64,000 nt of DNA from Octopus vulgaris (Eukaryota). This document shows, piece after piece, positions 52,981-64,000 of the stretch. The stretch lies in the NCBI GenBank assembly GCA_951406725.2, contig OX597829.1:54560001-54624000 (forward strand), in the 5' to 3' direction. The position numbers and the translations under genes are program-made. The first letter of the stretch is position 1, and every line of letters begins with the position of its first letter. The notes under the pieces are model-generated. The model did not search any database. It had not been told where the DNA came from and worked only from the letters and a program-made list of their open reading frames with translations.

Positions 52981-53026
52981 ACAAGCCTGTATGTACGGAA
53001 GACAGTGACTTTACTTAGCTAGACAG

Positions 53027-53344
53027 TTGGGTGGAGGGAAAATAAAAAATTGTAAAAATTGAAAATGCCTGAGGGCTAAAATGTTGCTATATTTGATTAC
53101 GATAAAAATGCTAAATTTTTGCTGAGATCAATCAAGAGCATTTATTCCCTCAAGCCCCCAAAACTCCAAAAATGGAGAATTTTTGTAAATTTTATACAAT
53201 AGTGGAGTTTGTGGGGTTTGAGGGAGTAAATGTTCTTGACTGATCTAAAGGAAAATTTAGCATTTTTCTCATAATTAAATATAGCAACATTTTAGTTCTC
53301 AGGTATTTTCAATTTCCACAATCTTTTATTTTGACTCCACCCTA
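53027..53344. mobile_element. Foldback MITE with ~140-bp inverted arms
   Basis: CTAGACAG(T) duplicated on both sides. Termini TTGGGTGGAG / CTCCACCCTA, and the arms pair along most of their length. Confidence 0.85.
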
Positions 53345-53723
53345 CTAGACAGTGGTTTTGTCCTATTTCCCAGTCTTCACAGGACTTTTCCCAGTCCTTT
53401 GAATATCATCCCCTTCGAACTACCTCCCTGCTCTTCTCTTTTCTGAAGGTGTTGACTAGCAATGGTTCAACAGAAACCATTTGTATCAGTGCTACATGCC
53501 TCAAAGTGCCTGCAAAGGCTGTTAGTCACAGCTTCTTCCTCCACACCCAGTAAGCAAAAAGGAAAGAAAAAAAAGAAAAAGGAGTATAATCAAAAGCATT
53601 CCATCTATGCCCTTCCCAACTAGGACATTTTCTAGTCTGCCTATTAGATGATATGTGTTACTTTCAGAGAGATTTAGCTGTTATTTTTAGCAGGTAAACC
53701 ACTTCACATAACAGGCAGTTTCT

Positions 53724-53770
<47 letters not shown>

Positions 53771-54026
53771 ATACTGCTACTGCTGCTGCTGCTTCTGCTA
53801 TTCATGCTGTTATTGTTGTATCACTTCAACATCTCTTCAACAGCTGTATGATGCTGAGATTACTAATTGAAGAAACAATATTAAAAGTTTTGATCCAAGT
53901 TTCATTATTGGAAACCATCCCTAAATTTGGACTGAATTTTTATTTTTCTTGAAATTTTAAAATAGTGAAACTATTTTATGACCGGGGGGGGGGGCGTAAG
54001 AAAGCATAATAGAATTTTCTATTAAA

Positions 54027-54057
<31 letters not shown>

Positions 54058-54199
54058 AGTATTAATGTCATTCTAAGTTCTCCAGGAATTATATTGATTT
54101 CTTTAAACAATAATTTTCATGCAGTTAAAAATGCATTTTAGAAAACAGATTGAAAGACAGTGATGAGTTCCTATTGATTGCCTCTTTGGGACATGTGCT

Positions 54200-54470
54200 G
54201 ATGGCACTCTATGACCCACATTCTATCGACTCTGATGTGCTACAGGGCTTGGTTTGTTTCCATACTGTCACCTCCAACAACATCCATTCCTACTTAGATG
54301 ATACCAACCTTTGTTCTTCCCCAACGTTCTACACCCAACTGTCTCCACTGCATGCTAAATCTCTACTTACTCATGAACAACCACTTTGAAAACATACCAA
54401 TGGAGTGGTGTCAATCTTGTCTACTTCAACAGCATAAAGACATAATCACTACATTATGACATCCCATCAT
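54200..54470 (+). mobile_element. Very decayed RT fragment
   Basis: DSDVLQGLV and IHSYLDDT resemble the SGVPQGSV and YADD motifs. Confidence 0.45.
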
Positions 54471-54484
54471 GCCCTAAACATTAA

Positions 54485-54735
54485 TTTCAAATTTTGGCAC
54501 AGGACCAATGACCCTGGGGGAGAAGTAAGTGAATTTCATCCACCCCAATGCTCAAATGGTACTTACTTTGTTGATCCTGAAAGGATGAAAGGTAAAGTCA
54601 GCCTTAGCAGAATTTGAATTCAGAAAGTAAAGGTGCCCCAGCATGGCCACAGCTCATAAGCTGAAACTAGAATCAATCAATCAATCATGAACAAAATTCT
54701 ACTAAGCATTATGCCTGGTGTGCTAACGGTTCCAC
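54485..54735 (-). mobile_element. Nin/Deu-like SINE
   Basis: gaaaggatgaaaggtaaagtcagccttagcagaatttgaattcagaa. Confidence 0.65.
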
Positions 54736-55162
54736 TGGTTCACCATCTTATCAATGCATTTTATTTGATGCTCAAACGAATGTGTCAATCAAAGCCCTCA
54801 CATTTCATCTTAAATATTGATTTAAAATTTTTGCCCAAGGCCATCAATTTCAAGGCATGGAGAAATAAGTTGATTACATCAACCCCAGTAACAGCACATA
54901 GTGTGAACCAACAAGGTCACTACAAGCGAAAGCCCTGACCATCAATAAAAATCTCTCTCTCCTAGTCACTTCACATCCTCAACATAGCAAAAACTTGCAT
55001 CACAAAGACTGACCATTCTCTTTGCAGTCAGAAAATACTTCAGCTCCTAACAGCTGTTAGCTCTGCAAAGATCCATAATGGAGAAATACTCAGTATTAAA
55101 GTGTTGATTGGAAAATTACTCTTTGTAAATCTCACGAGACATATTAAGCAGCAGTATTTTGT

Positions 55163-55513
55163 AGTAAAGATTGTTTGCCAACACAACATGGCAGTCCTGG
55201 TTTAGGATGAATGTTGCTGTAATTTAGCCCAAGGAGACATCGTCTCCAGTTAGCTATACGACACGATCTGTGTCCTTATATTTTCAAACAAAGGAATCTA
55301 GCATCTCCACTCAGCTCAAAACAATAACCCAGAAATCACAATACACAGATATTGTTTTGAGCAGAGTGGGGATGATAGATTCCCTTGTTCGAAAATATAA
55401 GGACACAGATTGTGTCGTATAGCCAGCTGGAGACAATGTTTCCTGGGGCTAAATTACAGCAACATTCATCCTAAACCAGGACTACCATGTTATGTTGGCA
55501 AACAATCTTTACT
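55163..55513. mobile_element. Palindromic MITE with ~165-bp arms
   Basis: AGTAAAGATTGTTTGCCAAC ... GTTGGCAAACAATCTTTACT, with arms complementary up to a short central loop near 55330-55348. Confidence 0.9.
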
Positions 55514-55558
55514 TTAAAGTGTTGATGTTACTTACACACACACATAATACACATTCAC

Positions 55559-55559
<1 letters not shown>

Positions 55560-55589
<30 letters not shown>

Positions 55590-56370
55590 TGTATGTATGT
55601 ATGTATGTATGTATGTGTGTGTGTATGTATGTATGTATGTATGTATGTATGTATGTATGTATGTATGTATCTATGTATGTATGTATGTATGTATGTATGT
55701 ATGTATGTATGTATGTATGTATGTATGTATGTATGTATGTATGTATGTATGTATGTATGTATGTATGCGTGTATGTATGTATGTATGTATCTATCTATCT
55801 ATCTATATGTATATATACATATATATATGTATCTATGTGTGTATGTAATGTATGTATGTATGTATGTATGTATGTATGTATGTATGTATGTATGTATGTA
55901 TGTATGTATGTATGTATGTATGTATGTGTGTATGTATGTATGTATGTATGTGTGTATGTATGTATGTATCTATGTATCTATCTACCTATATGTGAATATG
56001 CATATATATGTACATATGTATGTATGCATGTATGTATGTATGTATGTATGTATGTATGTATGTATGTATGTATGTATGTATGTATGTATGTATGTATGTA
56101 TCTATCTATCTATCTATATGTATATATACATATATATATGTATCTATGTGTGTATGTAATGTTTGTATGTATGAATGTATGTATGTATGTATGTATGTAT
56201 GTATGTATGTATGTATGTATGTATGTATGTATGAATGTATGTATGTATGTGTGTATGTATGTATGTATGTATGTATGTATGAATGTATGTATGTATGTAA
56301 TGTATGTATGTATGTAATGTTTGTATGTATCTATGTATGTATGTATGTATCTATGTATGAATGTATGTGT
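55560..56370. repeat. (ATGT)n tetranucleotide array
   Basis: About 800 nt, with a duplicated internal ATCT/TA block. Confidence 0.95.
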
Positions 56371-57097
56371 TGATATCGCAAGACATTGTACACGAGTGCC
56401 AGCATCTCATGTGAGCAAGGTTTCTTGTTCCCAGTCTTTCATGAGAAACATATCCGGCCATGGATAGATATTACCTTATTTGGAAATAGGTATGGGTTGG
56501 TAACAGGAAAGGCATCCAGCTATAGAAAGTCTGCCTCAACAAATTCCATCTGTCCCAGGCAAGCATGGAAAAGTGGACATTAAATGGCGGTTGTGATGGT
56601 GGTGGACGGCAACAGTGGCGGCGGCGGTGGCGGTGGCGGTTGCGGCGGTGGCGGTGGTGGTGGTGGTGGTGGTGAGGAAGAGCAGAGGAGAGCATAGCAT
56701 TATTGCTCTCTGTTTTGGTAAGTGATTACATCATATGTTGCCTGTTCTCATTTGGCAGTGTTTGCATATTGTTTGTTTTATAAATATAACTTCTTATTTC
56801 ATCATGTCTGTGTCCACAAACACACACACATACACACATGTACATTCTGACAAGCTCAACATCCAGAGAGTCTGAGACATGTGGTCACATGTTTTCTGTT
56901 GTTCATTACACAATTGGTATTTATTGACTCCCACTTAATAACATTTTTACAAGCATTTATTTTTTTTGTTTCGAGGCTTCTCCAAGCAAGAAACCATGAT
57001 TGAGACTCCCAAATGAATGTTCTTAGAACTGCTTCTATTTAAAGTTTCTAATTAAGTATAATATCTGCCTAATCTCCAAAAAAGAAATAATAATAAT

Positions 57098-57575
57098 CAT
57101 CATCATCATCATCATCAATTAACGTCCGCTTTCCATGCTAGCATGGGTTGGACGGTTCAACTGGGGTCTGGGGAGCCCGAAAGCTGCACCAGTCCAGTCA
57201 GATCTGGCAGTGTTTCTACAGCTGGATGCCCTTCCTAACGCCAACCACTCCGAGAGTGTAGTGGGTGATTTTATGTGCCACCGACACAGGTGCCAGACGA
57301 GGCTGGCAAACGGCCATGCTCGGATGGTGTTTTTTTTATGTGCCACCGACACAGGTGCCAGACGAGGCTGGCAGACGGCCACGCTCGGATGGTGTTTTTA
57401 TGTGCCACCGACACAGGTGCCAGATGAGGCTGGCAAACGGCCACGATCGGATGGTGTTTGTTACGTGCCCACAGCACGGAGGCCAGTCAATGCGGTACTG
57501 GCTACGGCCACGTTCGGATGGTTTTCTTGTGTGCCACGTGCCACCGGCACTGGTACCACAAAGATACAAATTCCA
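57098..57575 (-). mobile_element. RTE 3' UTR copy with ~4 tandem units
   Basis: (CAT)n plus repeated tgtgccaccgacacaggtgccagacgaggctggc. Confidence 0.85.
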
Positions 57576-57577
57576 TA

Positions 57578-57617
<40 letters not shown>

Positions 57618-57657
57618 GTAATAATAATAATAATAATAGTAATAATAATAATAATAA

Positions 57658-58075
57658 TTAAAAGGACAGAATAAGATCAAAGCTATCAACACCTGGGCGG
57701 TTTCACTCCTTACATATGGAGCAGGGTAATTGCATTGATACTAGACAAACTAAACAGCTTAGACAGAAAGACAAGGAAGTTGCTAACTAGATATGGGTCA
57801 CTCCACCCAAAAAGTGAAGCAAACAGAATGTGTGTACCAAGAAAAAGAAGGGGAAGAGGACTGATTGGATGCGAACACAGCATTAGAGCAGAGGAAAACA
57901 ACATAGCATGGCATGTAAAAAATGCCACAGAACTGCTATTATTTGAAGTAAGAGGGTCAGACTTTTGTAGGATGAAAGATTGCAAAGATAAAGTACTATA
58001 CAAGCAATTGAAAACGAATGAAACTTAAAATAGATGGGTAAATAAAAGAATGCATGGATAATTTCATAGGGATAT
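57658..58075 (+). mobile_element. R4/Dong-like LINE fragment (same family as 40420-40840)
   Basis: IKAINTWAVSL, LDRKTRKLLTRYGSLHPKS, RGRGLIGCE. Starts right after (AAT)n. Confidence 0.82.
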
Positions 58076-58225
58076 TGACCCCAAAAGGATGAAAGGCAAA
58101 GCTGACCTTGGTGGAATTTGAACTTAGTATGTAAAGACAGATGAAATATCATCATCATCATCATCGTCATTTAACGTCTACTAAGCATTTTGTCTGGCCT
58201 GCTAACATATCTGCCAGCTTGCCAA
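58075..58225 (-). mobile_element. Nin/Deu-like SINE fragment
   Basis: gaccccaaaaggatgaaaggcaaagctgaccttggtggaatttgaac. Confidence 0.7.
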
Positions 58226-58630
58226 TGATATGTTGTGCATGTATAGTAATATTACGATCCTGAAATTAGCTTATCTCACTCTTTCTCACGGAACCTCTCG
58301 TAACCTTTTGCGGAACCCCAGTTGAGAAACACTGTTGTAGAGGGTTGAAATCTTTTTTGTGCCTCAAAAGGAAGACCTATCTTTTTGGTGTAGTCCTTGT
58401 AATGTTTTGGATGTGAAGTCACCAGGAGAATTCCTCAGTAATAGTGTTGCATAGTATTTTTAGTGACGTATAGCTTTCTAGTAAGTGTGATGTCCACAAA
58501 ACTGATCATGGTTTTTGTTACCATACTTCTGTTGAACTATGCTGCATTTGTTTCAATTCATTTTGGAAAATGATAAAGAATTTAATAAACTGTTTTTGTC
58601 ATTATTAAGTTGGTAACATAAATTAATGTT

Positions 58631-58910
58631 AGCACGTAAAAAGTACCGTCCATGCCGGTGACACGTAAAAAGCTCCAACCAATCATGGACGTTGCCAGCC
58701 TCCTCTGGCCCCTGTGCTGGTGGCACATAAAAAGCACCCACTACACTTTTGGAGTGGTTGGCATTAGGAAGGGCATCCAGCCATAGAAACACTGCCAAAT
58801 CAGACTGGAGCCTGGCGCAACCTCCTGGCTTCCCAGACCCCGGTCTACCATCCAACCCATGCTAGCATGGAAAACAGACGTTAAACGATGATGATGATGA
58901 TGATGATGAT
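58631..58910 (+). mobile_element. RTE 3' UTR copy
   Basis: Ends acccatgctagcatggaaaacagacgttaaacgatgatgat. Confidence 0.85.
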
Positions 58911-60496
58911 AACATGGAATTTCAATGGGAAAGTTTAATTTTGATCACTAATGCAGAAAGTTTTTATCATAGAAACAGAGGCAGTCTTGGGCAGGTTGGT
59001 AACAAAAGGGTTAATCCTATTGTTGTTGTTGTTGTTTTTGTTCATTGGTTCTAAGTCAATTCTGACTGAGTAGACTTTTGATCAAAGGCATTCCAGCCAT
59101 GACTATCTTGTCTTTGTTAAGACACATTGTGTATGACTAATTATCCAATTTTTTTTTTTTTTTTTTTTGTTTTGAGACAGTAAGATATGACTTGAGGGAC
59201 ATTCTGCTGCTATTTCTTGATCAGTTTGTTAATAGTGGTTGGGGATGGGGGTGGAGTTAATGCAATGTCCTTAAACAAATTTAAGTTGTTTAATCCAAGG
59301 TTAATATTGATCACTGCTTATATTTTAGAAAAGTATTTTCAAAGGTACTTCAGCAACTTTTGTGGGGTTATGTCTGGGACAATACTATCCATCACGTTCC
59401 TTCCTTACTTAAGAATAGGATATCAATTAAAGGAGATCTGGTTGTTATTTCTAGCAAGTCAATATTGATGTTAATTGTTGGTAAGATTAATGTGATAATT
59501 TGTGGCAGAGTTAATAATGAGCTGCTGTAGTTTTTAATTTCATTTCACTCCTCTTGATACATTTTAATTTTAGAATAAGCATGTGTGTGTTTGTGTGTGT
59601 GTCTGTGTGTGTGTGTGTGTGTGTGTATGTGCAGGTGTGTGTGTTTATATATGTATGTGTGTATTATTTATATTTCTATATTTCTACTAACCAAGCATAG
59701 GTTGTCAGAACAGGTTATAATATAGGAAGCAACAATTGTTTTGATTTGAAGATTCCAATAACAAACTAGTGTCAGCTGTTACTGGTAAAACTTCTCTTGT
59801 GTCTTTACTATGGGGGAAAGTTCAAAGTGTAAGTAAACATAATGGAATTGTCTCAATCTGCCAACAGAACAATTAATTTTTTTTTCTATAGAGAGAGAGA
59901 GAGAAAAGCAATATGATGTCTGTAGTAATGTTTGGACATACATATCAACCCATATATTCCACCTATTTTATGTCATTCTAAATATAAACAATCACATCAC
60001 AAGAATATTGCAGCTATGATAAAATATATAATGAATTCAAAAGCAATTTGAATGAATAAACTTTGCATTTGACGGAGTAATCTGGTCATGTCCAATGCAA
60101 ATAGTGTACCTGTTTTATGTTTAAACTGGCTGGATCCAGCCACTCACACCTACCTTACAATGTCATTCTAAAATATAATCACATCTCAAAGCTATGAGAT
60201 AATACATAATTAATTCAAAACTGTAAATAAATAAGCTTTACGTTTGACAGACTTCTTGACTTCTTAGTTCCATGCTGTTGCTTGATGGGGTTGGAGGTCA
60301 TTCCAAGTTAGTGGTCCCAGAGGCATCATCATGCATAGAGGCAACCAGGTCCACTGCAACAGAGCCAACAATGCTTTTTTTGTGTTGGTTTTTGAAAATT
60401 CAAACAGTTTTTGAAAATTCTAAAGAACTTATCATCATACAATTATTACATCCTATATTCCATCAACTTTTCTACCTGCTTCTTGTTGCATGGTAG

Positions 60497-60857
60497 CTTT
60501 TAATATGCCCCTGCTTCTTGGAGTTCCACCTGTGTCTTCTTGGAGTTCCCAGCGCTAATATTACAAAATGGAGCTTCTTTGGCAAATTGCCATGCTTGAG
60601 TAGAGAAGCCATCAAGACAAGTGAAACCAAAGTTGTGGCAGATACTGGTGTCATGCAACTGGAACTTGTGCCAGTGGTACGTAAAAGCACCAATTACATT
60701 CTAGGAGTGTTTGGCATTAGGAAGGGCATCCAAACAGTAGAAACCATGCCAAATCAGACTGGAGCCTGGTGCAGACCCTCAGCTTGCCAGCCCCGATCAA
60801 ACCATCCAACCCATGCCAGCATGGACAACAGACATTAAATGATGATGATGATGATGA
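60497..60857 (+). mobile_element. RTE 3' end copy
   Basis: gccatgcttgag.. matches ~6761; (GAT)n tail. Confidence 0.75.
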
Positions 60858-61481
60858 CCAGAGGTGATTTGGATGTTGAACAATGATATATTAACACTTG
60901 ATACAAAACAATGTGATATGTAGCATGCATAATTTGCAGCAGCAAACAGCTAAGAAAACATTGAAGAAATGATTATTAAATCAAAAGTTAAAAGCCATCC
61001 TCAGCCTTTGCTAAACCTGAATGTAGAACATAGAAGTTATACATAAATATTGCAAAGTATTTTGTCCTGTACTCACTCTTATACACTACTTGTTTTTTCT
61101 TTTCTTTTTTTATTATATATATATATATCTTAACCCTTTTATTACCAAGAGAGATAATAATTACATATATAACATGTAAGTATATGATACATGTATAATC
61201 CAAAACTACACTAAAATGCAAATTCAAAACCGAAGAAAACATAAACATGAGTGAAAAAGGAAAAAACAAAGAAGAAGAAAGTGGAAAAAGAAGAAAGAAA
61301 AAGAAAAAGATCAATTCAACACTACGATGTTTGATGGAACCTAATGAAGCAAGCCAACACACTCATGACATTATTGCAGGTAATGGCAAGGCTGAGGCAC
61401 TCAAACAGCCACGCACCTTCAAGGATATCGCCTGATACCTTGGTGAGGCAAGCCACCAACTATGACAAGAACATCACTTAC

Positions 61482-61681
61482 TTACATTTGGTGGATATTT
61501 GTCCTCGTCTTGTTTGTTGTTAACACAACATTTCAGCTGATTTACCCTCCAGCCTTCATCAGGTGTCTTGGGGAAATTTCAAACCTGGGTTCACATTCCC
61601 AAAGTATTTTTCGATGTTGTTGTTGTTATTATTATTATACTAATAATAACATCGAAAAATATCTTAGGAATGTGAACCCAG
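61482..61681. mobile_element. Second copy of the 42554-42924 hammerhead element, partly palindromic
   Basis: Left arm is near-identical to 42563-42666. Minus 61522-61567 reads GACAC-CUGAUGA-AGGCUG..CAGCU-GAAA-UGUU-GUGUU. Inner inverted repeat ctgggttcacattcc / ggaatgtgaacccag. Confidence 0.78.
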
Positions 61682-62183
61682 ATGAGGCACCTATCTCTTA
61701 ACCAGGGACAAAGGTAAGACCATTTAGTCTCTTTCCATCACGTTTGGATAATCCCACCAGCCTCAGGATTGGAAAGATATTAATCTGAGCCAGAGCTTGC
61801 TTAATGATTAAGGTTAGCTTGGTAAGACAAGTAAAACAACCAGTATTTAGGTGGAAAGACAAACCATGAAGGCCTGTGGAGTTGAGGGACCTACCAAGGC
61901 AATATCTTGGTTCCCTGCAGACATTGGCTCCCGCTCTGAATGCAATGGAGATGCGGAACTCATCCAGACCAAGTAGACCACCAATGTTGGCAGAGCCTCA
62001 ATCCAGTCCCTCAAGAATTTTGCACTTGGAGAAAGTAGGTGACACCTTGAAAACTGATCAATTGGGTGGGGGTGGGGGGTGAGTGTAATATATATTTATA
62101 TATATATATATACACACACATACAAGAAGAAAAAGAAAATGGAGATTGGGAAGTTAATTGTTTAACAGCAAATTTATCATCAA

Positions 62184-62267
62184 CCCTTACAGCTGTTTCA
62201 GTTAGTAATCAGTAAATATTAACTCAATATTAAAATTATATGGCCTGAGCATAATATCTTCAGAGGA
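62184..62267 (-). ncRNA. Hammerhead-like motif with degenerate long stem II
   Basis: UCCU-CUGAAGA-(~57 nt)-GAAA-CAGCUG-UA^AGGG. Confidence 0.5.
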
Positions 62268-62323
62268 AAAAAATATACCCTTTGGTGTTTTATATGTGCT
62301 TATGGATTTATTATATGAGACTG

Positions 62324-62410
<87 letters not shown>

Positions 62411-62427
62411 GTATATATATATATATA

Positions 62428-62535
62428 TGAAGAGGCCGTAAGATATTCTTGTTAATGTCTCATTTATACCTGTATTATATGGCTAATAGGTTAAATGAGA
62501 CATACCTGTCTTCATGGCCGAAACAGCTGTCAGCT
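62428..62535 (+). ncRNA. Hammerhead motif with extended stem II, 5' side cut by (TA)n
   Basis: UGAAGA-GGCCGUAAGA..AUGUCUCAUUUA..UAAAUGAGACAU..UCUUCAUGGCC-GAAA-CAGCUG-UC^AG. Confidence 0.6.
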
Positions 62536-62745
62536 ACAATGTAAATGTATTTTTATGTCTTGTTATATTTATTTAGTTATATTTCACCATATTGATTGTA
62601 ATTATTGTACTGTATTTATGTATTTATGTATAATATCATTGCTATTGTGTAGTAGTTTAATAGAGTATATGATTCGGTACTATCTGACAGTTGATGATTG
62701 ATTTAGATATATTTCTCCATTTTCTCATTTTGTATATATATATAT

Positions 62746-62791
<46 letters not shown>

Positions 62792-62870
62792 ACCTCCAGT
62801 ATGTTGACCTTGTGAAGACCACTTGCATTTTTTTCCCTCTGTCCTCCCACCTCGGGATCTTTCTTTCTAT

Positions 62871-62905
62871 GTTTCCGAAGAAGAGCTCCACTCGAAACGT
62901 CATAC
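62871..62905 (+). ncRNA. Minimal hammerhead motif (U4 to C) in a pLTR-like repeat at ~62790-63000
   Basis: GUUU-CCGAAGA-A-GAG(cucca)CUC-GAAA-CGU-C^AUAC, flanked by (TA)n on both sides. Confidence 0.55.
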
Positions 62906-62998
62906 CCTCCTTCTTCCCTTTTTTCCTGAGCGCCTAATAATACTTTAATTGTTCCACATCCTCGCATTGTTGTCTTTTTTGTTTTCTTGTTTGGATTA

Positions 62999-63057
<59 letters not shown>

Positions 63058-63244
63058 GCACACACAGACACATCTAACAATTTAATGCCTAAATCTGTAA
63101 AATAATATTGAAGAATATACTCATTCCTTTTCTCTTTTCTTTTTCTTTTCTGTTTTCTTTTTTTTTTTTTTTGTTTTTGCTTATGAAAGCTGTGAAAAAA
63201 ACTCGGTTTGCATAAAGCAAAAAACAAAATGAACACAAAAATCA

Positions 63245-63390
63245 GTGAATTAGCAGAATTGTTAGAACATCAGACCAAATGTCTTATGGCATTTGATCAT
63301 GACCCTTCATGTTCTGAGATCAAATCCAGCTGAAATTAACTTTACCCTTCATTCCTCTCAACTTGATAAATAAAACGAAGTAGCAGTAAA
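63245..63390 (+). mobile_element. Nin/Deu-like SINE, decayed
   Basis: gcagaattgttag..ttctgagatcaaatcc..aactttacccttcattc. Confidence 0.6.
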
Positions 63391-63759
63391 ACTCTGAAGT
63401 CATTTCATATTCTTATTAAATATAATCAGTGTTAAATGGAATTAGAACAGAAAGTTGGTCACAGTAAAATTTCACTTGAGATTGGACACTACTATGGCAA
63501 TTTTTAGATGCCAAATCCTCAGATTCCTATTTCTGTTTTAGCTGTCAGCGGAGTTTTGTTTTACAATTAGCACAGAACTTTGCATAAATGTCAGAAGAAA
63601 CAAAAGTGAGCAGTGTTTGGTTTTTTAATCCTTTTTTTTTTATTTCAAATACATTAATGTCAGAAATTAAGTTAATGTTAAAACTGAGAACAGTTTATGA
63701 ATATAATGGAATCTAATTTGCTGGGCTATTGAAACAAACAGCATGCCAGATGAGGCTTG

Positions 63760-64000
63760 ATAAGAACTTTTTTACTTCCCAACCATATGCGGTTCCAGGT
63801 TCTGTCCCGCTGCATGGCATTTTGGGCAAGTCTGTCTTCTACTACAGCTTTGAACTGACCAAAGCCTTGTCAGTGGATTTGGTAAGGGGAAGCTGAAAGA
63901 AGAGTGTCACATATGTGTGCGAGTGTGTGTGTGTGAGTGTGCGTGTGTGAGCATGTGTGTGTATGGTGTGTGTGTTTGTGTGTAGTGTGTATGTGTGTGT
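63760..64000 (+). mobile_element. CORE-like SINE running into (GT)n
   Basis: ttcccaaccat..ggttc..ttgggcaagt..accaaagccttgtcagtggatttggta. Confidence 0.7.

Noticed and set aside
55492-56373. MYVC-repeat ORFs (and YI-rich ORFs at 26.7, 35.3, 46.8 and 50.8 kb)
   Set aside because: Microsatellite artefacts.
57288-57312. CAGACGA..GCAAAC in RTE units as a hammerhead
   Set aside because: The core is CAGA rather than CUGA, there is no GAAA, and the bases form a simple hairpin instead.

Overview
This is an AT-rich, repeat-dense animal genomic window, almost certainly from an octopus or other coleoid cephalopod. The one recognisable host gene is a synaptobrevin/VAMP (R-SNARE) on the minus strand. Its exons are 28058-28059 (the AT of a split start codon), 2072-2113, 1076-1181 and 752-830, giving [76 protein letters not shown]. 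The gene continues left of the window, has a ~26 kb first intron, and probably has a long trinucleotide-repeat 5' UTR. The rest is transposon debris and microsatellites: RTE and R4/Dong-like LINE fragments, tRNA-derived SINEs, a mariner nested in another mariner-like element, and piggyBac-, hAT- and foldback-type MITEs. The most unusual signal is a set of about eight minimal type I hammerhead-ribozyme motifs in three sequence families at ~42.6, 46.5, 61.5 and 62.2-62.9 kb. Several sit in head-to-head inverted pairs and one is joined to a tRNA-like Pol III head, suggesting non-autonomous Penelope/retrozyme-like elements. Almost all ORFs in the supplied track are microsatellite or transposon artefacts. 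All calls were made by eye, and repeat boundaries are approximate.
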